This document shows, piece by piece, positions 1 to 10,699 of a stretch of 64,000 nt of DNA (positions are counted from its first letter, which is position 1; every line of letters begins with the position of its first letter). This stretch comes from Phoronis australis (taxonomy: Eukaryota > Animalia > Phoronida): the NCBI GenBank assembly GCA_002633005.1, contig NMRA01000668.1, positions 62,001 through 126,000 on the forward strand, in the 5' to 3' direction. The position numbers and the translations under genes are program-made. Under the pieces are notes generated by a model. It worked only from the letters and a program-made list of their open reading frames with translations. It was not told where the DNA came from and ran no database searches.

Positions 1-165
1 AAGTTGAGTTGTTTTTCAAAAGCAGTCTTATCTTTGATACGCCGCGTTGTTTATTACATTGTTTTTACTTTGATCGCTACTCTCAATTAACCCTGTTTGT
101 GCCTGTGAACACAAGTACTAATGAAATATGTTAGCTGAGCTATGTAAGTCCATGGCGCATTGAGT

Positions 166-930
166 TTAGCGTTGTGCATAACAGTGACTGAGGTGTGCGG
201 ACCCCGCCCGTTCATTAGCAAACGTAGAAGTCAATATACAGTAAATGATGCATCCAAGTAAAGGGGACTTCTTACGTTGTTGCAAACAGCTTCGTTGAAT
301 CGACATTAAAAGAGCAGACACTTCAGAACTTCTTGTTGACAAGAAGCTGCGTTCGGGTCCTTGGACAGGTCGGATGCCGTTATGGTCCAGGGCCTTGGAG
401 CGGTAACCAATGAGCCTGGTTGGCGGCAACCCGCTTTCGCTGGGCTGACGACTAACCACCGCACAGCAACCAGGAGCACCATTAAATTCCTTCGCAGATC
501 GGTTCATCTGCTGGATGGACTTGCTTCTCAAAACACAGAACTTTGAAAGTCAGGGTCTCTTGAAATCACCGATTGTAAGCAAGGTCGTGCCCGGCACGTG
601 CTGACGGTGATCACGAGGTGCTACTGCAGCGGTAACTGTTCCGCGTTGGTTAATTTTCTCAATTAAAATACGTACCCGGTCATCACCCGGTAGCGTGACG
701 CAGTGACGCTGTTCAGTCTCCGCCTTTGTTCACTTCGACACACTCCGTACTGGACTCATCAAAATTACCTGTTAGTATTGACCTCTTGGCGTCTAAAACG
801 GTCACACCGACCCAGTGGTGTAGATCCACGGAGATGCAGTACATAAACATCATCTCAAAATTTCCTTGTTCATCTGGTGTATAATCACAGTAACTTTGCA
901 TCAACATATCGATGCATTCCGTCACACAGC
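166..930 (-). pseudogene. Possible decayed coding sequence of unknown family
   Basis: A splice acceptor (TTTACACACCATTTCAG) precedes 930. The frame CVTECIDMLMQSYCDY...ECVEV shifts once near 730 into ETEQRHCVTLPGDDRVRILIEKINQRG...GDFKRP*, then continues in the same frame through one TGA into the 166..531 ORF. GC content is higher than the flanks. No family recognised. Confidence 0.3.
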
Positions 931-1041
931 CTGAAATGGTGTGTAAAGTTGACAAACCGAGTTATCGATAGGCCTACATTTATTTCCGATAACTCGATAA
1001 GTTGTTTAACTTATGTCAGATTAGTAAACACATACGCAGGC

Positions 1042-1090
1042 CACACGCACACACACACACGCACACACGCACACACCACACACTCACTCA
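1042..1090. repeat. (CA)n microsatellite, probable 3' tail of the adjacent LINE
   Basis: cacacgcacacacacacacgcacacacgcacacaccacacactcactca lies just downstream (minus-strand sense) of the LINE stop codon at 1099-1101. Confidence 0.85.
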
Positions 1091-2342
1091 AAGGTCATTT
1101 AGTTTTCGAGAACACGCATAAATTTTAACCATCTACTGTATCTCCAAATCTATCAAACTGTTAATGTTTGCCAAACAAGTTTTCTCGGTGACAAAAGCAT
1201 AGATATATTGGCGGTATGTGGGATGTTTTGTTGGAATCAAAATCAAATTTGTTGATCGATACATACATGAATCATTGATTCCAGAAAGAACATTAGAATT
1301 CGTTACTGTTTCAAAATTGTGAGAAAAGTTTGGAAACATCCTCCCTAAACGTAGGTTCTGACCAGTTCAAATTATTAAAACAAAGATGGCAAAGTTTTGA
1401 GGGCTTGTTTACAAATTGTACAAGCAGAGGACTCCGTGACGCCTATTTTATGAAGATATAAAATTGCTCACTATATTCTATGAACTAGTTGATACTGAAA
1501 CCATCTCAGTTTAACATCAATAGAAAATAATTAAATACATTCAAGTACACATGAAACCCATAGTTAATTCATTGCCAAGTTGAGAAATCCATTTTCCTGT
1601 GTTTCGGTTTTATCTTCAAACTACGAATAAATATATCGCACATTGTTCTATATTCTTTTTTATCTGTTTTAACATTTAAGAATTAATGTGACAGACGCAG
1701 TACAACACTAGTATTTGACTTTCAATCACTGTGCTAGCACACAGTAATGCTTAATCCTATTACAATTAGCTGTTGTGATCGTAGGTCTAAAGTAAAACTT
1801 TGTACAAAAAGCCTCGTAAAGTTTCCATCGGTATCCATTATATCACATACAAATCTTACACCTCTATCAACTGTACGCGTAAATCTGTTAGAAAGTAGAG
1901 TGCTGGTAGTCTGGCCATTTTAACCGGATTTTTCCTCATCCAAGTATACGTTTTTTTGTAACCTTATGGATTGTATGTTCTCCAAGGGTCAACCAATGAA
2001 GAATCTTCCGTTATTTCAAAAACTTTGTCCCTGGCCCTGTTGTTGTTATTTGTAGTGTAATTATAACAATCTGTTGCAAAATCCTGGACTAAATTCCAAT
2101 CTCCACACCAAATAGAAAAATAAGAATTTAATTCATCTAAAAGATTTTAAATTCTGATAGAAATCTTGGCTATCTCTGTTCGGGTTGTGAACGTTTACAA
2201 CGGTAATTGCCTTTTGTATTTCAACGCATATCTCTAAAACAAGGTAGTTTCAATCGTGTTCACTTATTTCTCTTTCAACTTCGTGTTCAAAATTTCTAAA
2301 TAATGTACACATCCATCTTGATTTACTTTTACCACAACTCAT
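1042..2342 (-). mobile_element. L1/Tx1-clade LINE remnant, internally deleted (APE endonuclease joined to the C-terminal zinc-binding region)
   Basis: Manual translation of ~2342-1906 gives NYLVLEICVEIQKAITVVNVHNPNRDSQDFY...IWCGDWNLVQD...LVDPWRTYNP*GYKKTYTWMRKNPVKMARL, matching APE motifs NxYxPN, GDFN, DxWR and YTW..RLD. ~1870-1100 gives RGVRFVCDIMDTDGNF, KLRWFQYQLVHRI..LYLHKIGVTESSACTICKQ (zf-RVT-like) and SRWLKFMRVLEN*. Stops and frameshifts throughout. Confidence 0.8.
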
Positions 2343-2344
2343 AT

Positions 2345-2720
2345 GAGGACTCAAATTTCTGAGAATGTGGACCTTTTACTAAAAATCAGGGTACATTCAG
2401 AGCTATGAGTTGTGGATTGACGTGTACTGATGTGTAGAGCGTCACACATCAGTTGGTGCAAGCCCAATCTCAATAGGCAACTGGCACACCACAGGTTGTC
2501 ATTGTTGGCTTAGTTTATTGTCACTCCCTGTAACTGACTGTGTCTGTGTTTCATCACTTGTTGCTGGGCCTATCTAGGTAGGCGGCCACTGTTCTCTCTT
2601 CTTCTGATGATGGTGTTTAAATAAACGACACCGAAACCTGTCACGCCGTTTTAATTCTGTTGTTGTTTTTATCAACATCTTCTGTTACTTTCTATAATGG
2701 ATATCTTTTACACCATAATC
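2345..2720 (+). mobile_element. Penelope-like element 3' fragment (GIY-YIG C-terminus plus pseudo-LTR)
   Basis: The frame ...RASHISWCKPNLNRQLAHHRLSLLA* resembles the EAxxIxxxxPxLNxQ end of Penelope ORFs. A CTGATGA...GAAAC hammerhead-like motif follows. Confidence 0.6.
2604..2642 (+). ncRNA. Minimal hammerhead-ribozyme-like motif
   Basis: CTGATGA-T-GGTGT(ttaaataaacg)ACACC-GAAA-CCTGTC: intact CUGAUGA and GAAA boxes, stem II GGTGT/ACACC and a GUC triplet. Stem I pairing is poor. Confidence 0.5.
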
Positions 2721-3320
2721 TTTTTTTTTTTTTTTTGAATGAAACATTTATTAACTCAACCAACCAGTACATGGTTGTACAGCAATGTGAAATCTGGTCA
2801 AGTACATCAAACAAATTACGAACCTTGTCGAACCCAAAAAAGCTACTCAGACAAAAAAGAAGACCGCCTTTCCTGGAATCTTCCAGGATCCAATTTATAA
2901 TTGTAAGTTATTTTTCCAGGTTGTGGTAATCACATACCTCACGTAAAAATGACTGAAAGTTTGGCTTAGCTTTTGCAGTCTTTGCCTAAATAAGTGAAAT
3001 TTCGCTAAGCAAAGAATTAAATTTACAACTTCTAATCTACAGGCTGGATCCCCAAACAAGGCGCAAGACATATCTAACTGCAGAGGGAAATCGCACTGAT
3101 TTATCATCCATGTTTTTAAATATCCCAAAAGCTTCTGAACAAGTGAACATTTCCAATACAAATGTAAAATTGTTTCTTCGTGTTGATCTCTGAAAAGAAC
3201 ATAAAGACGATTCATTAACACCTATTTTCTTTAAATAAGTGTTTGTACCAATAAGTCTGTGGTCGATACAGAATTGAAGCCATCTGACTCTGACGTCGGA
3301 AGTACAATGATAAACTGGAA
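2721..3320 (-). mobile_element. L1/Tx1-clade LINE 3' end with poly(A) tail
   Basis: ORFs 3037..3333 and 2895..3221 join by frameshift into CTSDVRVRWLQFCIDHRLIGTNTYLKKIGVNESSLCSF..EETILHLYWKC..VNLILCLAKFHLF (zf-RVT-like). AATAAA at 2752-2747 and A16 at 2736-2721 on the minus strand. Confidence 0.85.
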
Positions 3321-4855
3321 AGATTATTGTCACGGGGTGACAATAACGGACTCTGCGCTTGCGTATTACTGGAATTATAATGGAAAGTTACTGACAGCAA
3401 CCCATTTACCAATATGAAAAGGAATTCTTTAAAATTGTAGGAGAAATGACACATTAATTTTTGATGACCTTTCCACTAATTGTCCTCTTCCGGTGCATTA
3501 CGAGCCCCGATGAGGGAGTAATTGTTATCTCGATTAAAAGTGTGGTTAATGCTAAAAATCACAGATGTTGTACTTTAAGCACTTCAGAATACAAGATGAA
3601 TGAATTGGTCAAACTTTCAGAAGAAAAATGCACATAATGACCCCATGGGTGCACCAAATGACCTGAAAATTTAGAATGCAAACTTAATAGCACTTAGTAA
3701 ACAGATACGTAATTTTGAAGACTCTAGCTCAAAATTTTAGTTTGCACTCAATGACCTTTCACCTACTTTTTCTGATTGGTTAGGCCTATTGCGAAGTAAA
3801 GTAGGGTATTCGATTGGCATGTTGACTGACCCAATTGTGCTGAAATTGAAAAGAATTCCTTGCAAAACGTAAGAGATATAACATTTTGAACGTTACATGA
3901 CCTTTGCACTAACTGACCCTATCCGGTGCATTATAAGCATATTTTGGAGAATTAATGCAAAGCCCATGAAAAATGGGTTTAATGCTGAGAATCACAGTTG
4001 TCTGACGGTTGATACATCAGAATGCTTGCTGAATGAATTGGTCAAACTTTCAGAAGAAAAATGCACCTAATGACCCCATGTTTGCACTAAATGACGTGAA
4101 ACTTTGGATTCCGAATTGAATTCCCTGTGCCAATCAGATCTGTTAATTTGAAGTGTCTACCCCAAAATTTTAGTTTGCACCTAATGACCTTTGACCTATT
4201 TAACCTGATTGGATGACCCGATTACTTAGAAAAGTAGTTTTTTTAATTGTATTATTGACTTATACTTGTGTAGCGAATTTGAAAAGAATAGCTTTTAAAT
4301 TAAAGAAGGAGTAGCATTTTAAATATTACATGACCTTTGCACTAAATGACCTGTTCCGGTGCATTATAGAATATGAATATATAATGAATCAAAATTTATA
4401 TACTGCCTAAAATCATATGTTAAATTTGAAGAATATACTTCCAGCCATTTTGGAGTTATTAAGTGTCAAATTTGGTCGGAAGAGGAATAAGAATAAGAAG
4501 AACTAGAAAGATTATTGTCACGGTGTGACAATAACGGACTCTGTACGTGCGTCCTACTGGAATAATTATGGAAAGTTACATACAAGCAACCTTTTTACCA
4601 ATATGAAAAGGAATTCTTTAAAATTGTAGGATAAATTACACTTTAATTTTTTGATGACCTTCCCACTAATTGACCTCTTCCTGTGCATTATGAGCGCCAA
4701 TGAGGGAATAAATGTTAACTCAATTAAAAGTGTAGTTAATGCTAAAAATCACAGATGTTGTACTTTGAGCACTTCAGAATACAAGATGAATGAATTGGTC
4801 AAACTTTCAGAAGAAAAATGCACCTAATGACCCCATGGGTGCACCAAATGACCTG

Positions 4856-6233
4856 CATGCTATGAACATTCCCACTAAATAAGATTGGTTCTTACCCCAG
4901 TGGTTAAGGTAAACGGTGGGGTATGGAAAATTGAACTAGACCATATTTATCCACCTTGGCTGAGTCGCGTTCGGCTCACGATCAAAGGGTTGCCGCCAAG
5001 CTGCTCTAGTCATCGAGTCACGAGCGAGGATAATTGGCTTCGCTCATGCGGATATGACCAGCTGATTACAATCTAGCTAGCAGACTGCACTTTTTATGGA
5101 GAGAGTTTTACGTAGTTTTTACTGTAATATTTGTAAAGAGGAGCGAAAACAAATATGAGTACAACTTTGAATTTTTCAAATCGGCCCAGGATAAGAGATT
5201 TTGCAACACAGCAACACTCACGATTACTTTCATTCGGCGCGCACTAATACAAAAATATAGGACCCAAGTTATTTAGATTTTGGAACACATGNNNNNNNNN
5301 NNNNNNNNNNNNNNNNNNNNNNNNNNNNNNNNNNNNNNNNNNNNNNNNNNNNNNNNNNNNNNNNNNNNNNNNNNNNNNNNNNNNNNNNNNNNNNNNNNNN
5401 NNNNNNNNNNNNNNNNNNNNNNNNNNNNNNNNNNNNNNNNNNNNNNNNNNNNNNNNNNNNNNNNNNNNNNNNNNNNNNNNNNNNNNNNNNNNNNNNNNNN
5501 NNNNNNNNNNNNNNNNNNNNNNNNNNNNNNNNNNNNNNNNNNNNNNNNNNNNNNNNNNNNNNNNNNNNNNNNNNNNNNNNNNNNNNNNNNNNNNNNNNNN
5601 NNNNNNNNNNNNNNNNNNNNNNNNNNNNNNNNNNNNNNNNNNNNNNNNNNNNNNNNNNNNNNNNNNNNNNNNNNNNNNNNNNNNNNNNNNNNNNNNNNNN
5701 NNNNNNNNNNNNNNNNNNNNNNNNNNNNNNNNNNNNNNNNNNNNNNNNNNNNNNNNNNNNNNNNNNNNNNNNNNNNNNNNNNNNNNNNNNNNNNNNNNNN
5801 NNNNNNNNNNNNNNNNNNNNNNNNNNNNNNNNNNNNNNNNNNNNNNNNNNNNNNNNNNNNNNNNNNNNNNNNNNNNNNNNNNNNNNNNNNNNNNNNNNNN
5901 NNNNNNNNNNNNNNNNNNNNNNNNNNNNNNNNNNNNNNNNNNNNNNNNNNNNNNNNNNNNNNNNNNNNNNNNNNNNNNNNNNNNNNNNNNNNNNNNNNNN
6001 NNNNNNNNNNNNNNNNNNNNNNNNNNNNNNNNNNNNNNNNNNNNNNNNNNNNNNNNNNNNNNNNATTATCATTTTATGGCCTGGTCATCCATTCAGCCAA
6101 AAGTAGTTCCAGAGGTGGCTTATCAGCCAATTATTCACGCATGCTGACTCACAATAGAAGCCTGATAAGAGTGAAGGTGGATAAATGCGGTGTTCCTACA
6201 GTTTCTTGTTTTAGTGGATGTGTTCACGACATG
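4856..6233. mobile_element. TIR DNA element (CATG ends, 2-bp TG TSD) inserted in HINE unit 2; spans the N gap
   Basis: Left end CATGCTATGAACATTCCCACTAAATAAGA; reverse complement of right end CATGTCGTGAACACATCCACTAAAACAAGA. The host motif GACCTGAAAAT, intact at ~3660, is split here as GACCTG|element|TGAAAAT. Confidence 0.7.
5292..6064. other. Assembly gap (773 N)
   Basis: Run of n. Confidence 1.
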
Positions 6234-9200
6234 TGAAAATTTAGAATTTAAATTCAATCGCACTTAGTAAACAGATATGTAATTTTGAAAGTCTCTAGCT
6301 CAAAATTTTAGTTTGCACTCAATGACCTTTCACCTATTTTTCTGATTGGTTAGGCCTATCGCGACGTAAAGTAGGATATTCAATTGGCATGTTGACTTAC
6401 ACCGGTGTGCTGAAATAGAAAAGAATTCTTTGAAAATAAAAAGAGATAGAACATTAAGAACCAATCAAAATTTATATACTGTCAAAAGTCATATTCTGAA
6501 TTTAAAGACCGTACCTGCAACCAATTTGGAGATATTAAGCCTCAAAAATGGTCGGAAAAAGAATAAGAAGAAGAACTAGAAAGATTATTGTCACGGCGTG
6601 ACAATAATGGACTCTGCGCTTGCGTATTACTGGAATTATTATGGAAAGTTACTGACAGCAACCCTTTTACCAATATGAAAAGTAATTCTTTAAAATTGTA
6701 GGAAAAATAACATATTAATATTTTGATGAACTTTTCACTAACTTACCTCTTCCGGTGCATTATGAGTCCCGATGAGGGAATAATTGTTAACTCGATTAAA
6801 AGTGTGGTTAATGCTAAAAATCACAGATGTTTTACTTTAAGCACTTCAGAATACAAGATGAATGAATTGGTCCAACTTTCAGAAGAAAAATGCACCTAAT
6901 GACCCCATGGGTTCACCAAATTATCCGAAAACTTTGAATTTAAACTCAATCGCACTTAGTAAACAGATATGTAATTTTGAAGTCTCTAGCTCAAAATTTT
7001 AGTTTGCACTCAATGAACTTTGACTTATTTTTTCTGATTGGTTAGGCCTATTGCAAAGAAAAGTAGGGTATTTAATTGGCGTGTTGACTTACACCAGTGT
7101 TCTGAAATTGAAAAGAATTCCTTGAAAAACGTAAGAGATATAACATTTTGAACGTTACATGACCTTTCCACTAATTGACCCTATCCGGTGCATTATAAGC
7201 GTCTCTAGGAGAATCATTGCAAAGCCCATAAAAATATGTTTCATGCTGAGAATCACAGTTGTCTAACGGTTGACACATCAGAATACATGTACTTGCTGAT
7301 TGAAAAGGTCAAATTTTCAGAAGAAAAATGCACCAAATGACCCCATGTTGGAGCTAAGTGACCTGAAACTTTTGATTCCAAATTGAATTACCTGTGCTAA
7401 TCAGAAATATGAATTTGAAATGTTTCGCTCAAAATTTTAGTTTGCGCCTAATAACCTTTGACCTATTTAACCTGATTGGTTGACCTGATTACTTAGAAAA
7501 GTAATTGTTTGAATGGTCATGTTAACTTATACCTGTGCACCGAATTTGAAAAAGATAGCTTTAAAATTGAAAGAGGAGTAGTATTTTGAAAATTATATGA
7601 CCTTTGCCCCAAACGACCTCTTCCGGTGCAATATGCGATATGATTACATAACCAATCAAAATTTATATACTGTCAAAAGTCATCAGCTGAATTTAAAGAC
7701 AGTACCTGCACCCAATTTGGAGTTATTAAGCCTCAAATTTGGTCGGAAGAAGAATAAGAAGAATGAAATTGAAGAAAACCCAGGAACAACAGTACTCTGC
7801 GCTTACACGCGCAGAGTAACTAGAAAGATTATTGTCACGGCGGCGTGACAATAATGGACTCTGGGCGTGGGTATTAAACGAAATGTTATGGGAAGTTACT
7901 GACAGCAACCTGTTAACCAATTTGAAAAGGAATTCTATATAATTGTAGAAAAAATAACATGTTAATATTTTGATGACCTTTCCACTAATTGACCTCTTTC
8001 GGTGCATCATGAGCCCGGATGAGGGAATAATTGTAAACTCGATTAAAAATGTGGTTAATGTTAAGAATCACAGATGTTTTACTTTGATCACTTTAGAATG
8101 CAACATGAATGAATTAGTCAAACTTTCAGAAGAAAATTGCACCTAATGACCGCATGGGTGCACCAAACGACGTGATAATTTATAATTAAAACTCAATCAA
8201 AATTTCTCGACAGATATGTAATTTTGAAGTCTCTAGCTCAAAATTTTAGTTTGCGCTCAATGACCTTTGACCTTTTTTCTGATTGGTTAGGCCATTTTTG
8301 CGTATTAAAGTAGGGTGTTCAATTGGCATGTTGACTTACACCAGTGTGCTGCAATTAAGAAGAATTCCTTGAAAAACGTAATTTATAACATTTTGTAAAT
8401 TAGATGACCTTTGCACTAATTGACCCTATCCGGTGCACTATAATCTTCTTCAGGAGAATTATTGCAAAGCCCGTGAAAAATGTGTTTAACGCTGAGAATC
8501 ACAGTTGTCTAACGGTTGACACATCAGTATACTTGGTGAATGAAAAGGTTAAATTCTCAGAAGAAAAATGCACCTAATGACCCCATGTTTGCACTAAATG
8601 TCCTGAAACTTTGGATTCCGAATTGAATTACTTGTGTTAATCAGACCAGTTAATTTGAAGTGTCTAGCTCATAATCTCAGTTTGCACCTAATGACCTTTT
8701 ACCTGTTTAACCTGATTGGATGACCCGATTACCTAGAAAAGTAATTTTTTAAATTGCCAAATTGACTTATACCTGTGAACCAAATTTGAAAATAATAGCT
8801 TTAAAAATATGGAAGGAGTATTACTGGAATTATTATGGGAAGCTACTGACAGCAACCCGTTTACCAATATGAAAAGGAATTCTTTAAAAGAGTAGGAGAA
8901 GTTACATATTAATTTTTTGATGACCTTCCGCTAATTGACCTCTTCCGGTGAGTCATGAGCCGCGATGAAGGAGTAATTGTTAACTCGATTAAAAGTGTGG
9001 TTAATGCTAAAATCACAAATATTTTACTTTAAGCACTTCATAATACAAAATGAATGAGTTGGTCAAAGTTTCAGAAGAAAAATGCACCTAATGACCCCAT
9101 GGGTGCACCAAATGACCTTAAAATTTAGAAGTCAAACTCAATCGCACTAAGTAAACAGATATGTAATTTTGAAGTCTCTAGCTCAAAATTTTTGTTTGCA

Positions 9201-10482
9201 CTCAATGACCTTTCACCTATTTTTTCTGATTGGTTAGGCCTATCGCGAAGTAAAGTAGGATATTCAATTGGCATGTTGACTTACACCGGTGTGCTGAAAT
9301 TGAAAAGAATTCCATAAAAAACATAAGAGATAGAACATTTTGAACGTTACATGACCTTTGCACTAATTGACCTTATCCGGTGCATTTTAAGCAGAGAATT
9401 ATTGCAAAGCCCATGGAAAATGTGTTTAACACTGAGAATCACAGTTGTCTAACGGTTGACACATCAGAATACTTGCTGATTGAACAGGTCAAATTTTCAG
9501 AAGAAAAATGCACCTAATGACCTTATGTTTGCACTAAATGACCTGGAACTTTAGATTCCGATTTGATTTACCTGTGTCAATCAGACCTGTCAATTTGAAG
9601 TGTCTAGCTCAAAATTTTAGTTTGCACGTAATGACCTTTGACCTACTTCACTTGATTGGATGACCCGATTACTTAGAATCGTAATTTTGTAAATTGTCAT
9701 GTTGACTTATACCTGTGCACCGATTTTGAAAAAGATAGCTTTTAAACTGAAGGAGGAGTAGCATTTAAAAAATTATATGACCTTTGAACCAAACGACCTC
9801 TTTAGGTGCAATATGGAATATGATTATACAACCAATCAAAATTTATATACTGTCAAAAGTCATATGCTGAATTTAAAGACCGTACCTGCACCCAGTTTGG
9901 AGTTATTAAGCCTCAAAGTTGGTCGGAAGAAGAATAAGAAGAATAAAAATAAAATTGAAGAAAACCCAGGAACAACAGTACTCTGCGCTTACACGCGCAG
10001 AGTAATAAAATTGAAGAAAACCCAGGAACAACACTACTCTGCGCCCACTTCAATTCCGCGACAGGTTTTACATACAATTTGGAAATGAATAATGTTAAGT
10101 AGAAACTATCGACGTGCCTCCCCATTGCAGATGACGAGTCAATGGCCATTTGCCTTCACAATGATGACGTCCATTTTAATTTTCTCCAGCCAACAAATTG
10201 CCTTCTCGTCACTGTCATTTTAAATATGTTTGATTTTCATCATTAAAGGCAGGACATTTTTAATTTTGCTTGCCTTGTGTAATTTATTGCAAGTTCTAAG
10301 TTTTATTACCTGGTTGTAATTACCAATATCAAACTGGTTGCCCCAGTTTTAAAACATCACACCAAAAAAAAATTAGTTTTCATGAAAAGTCACGGTCCCC
10401 CTTTAATTCAATTGCAATTGTAAATGAATGTATATTTATTCAAAAACACCATTCTAATTTAAATTACAATAAAGCTGGAGTC

Positions 10483-10549
10483 TATAAAACATACGTTAAT
10501 TGTCTTTTGACAATCGAGAGAGAAAACTTCACTGAAATTTCTCCTGTTG
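10483..10549 (+). promoter_or_regulatory. TATA box and putative non-coding first exon
   Basis: TATAAAA at 10483-10489 and donor TTG|GTAAGT at 10549/10550. The next acceptor (tttaatctctag, 10693) lies just before an ATG. Confidence 0.45.
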
Positions 10550-10699
10550 GTAAGTATATAATGGTTTTATTGTTTATATTCCCAAATATTAGGAATATCA
10601 GGACAACCACCCTTAATCAAGATAACGTTGTTTTAGCATACGGTCATGACTTTTTCTATATTCCCATGATATCGTTTCTATTTTAATCTCTAGAAAACC

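Larger units (their letters stand above)
3313..10044 (-). mobile_element. Tandem array of ~1.2-kb Helentron-associated (HINE/DINE-1-like) non-autonomous units
   Basis: Units start (+) at 3313, 4501, 6574, 7818 and ~8820 (truncated). The first four begin AACT(A/G)GAAAG plus hairpin TTATTGTCAC-N3-6-GTGACAATAA plus a (G)ACTCTG(CGC)-type motif. Complete units end with an AAG/AAT microsatellite and hairpin TACTCTGCGC-ttacac-GCGCAGAGTA (7793-7818, 9979-10004). On the minus strand this reads subTIR/IR, microsatellite, central repeats, subTIR, stem-loop, CTAG-TT. Confidence 0.75.

Noticed and set aside
5269-6236. Long ORFs of 267 and 318 aa
   Set aside because: Almost entirely X from the N gap.
7597-10149. 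Repeated short ORFs (MTFAPNDLFRCN.. / MTFEPNDLFRCN..)
   Set aside because: Chance frames in HINE repeat units, not maintained in all copies.
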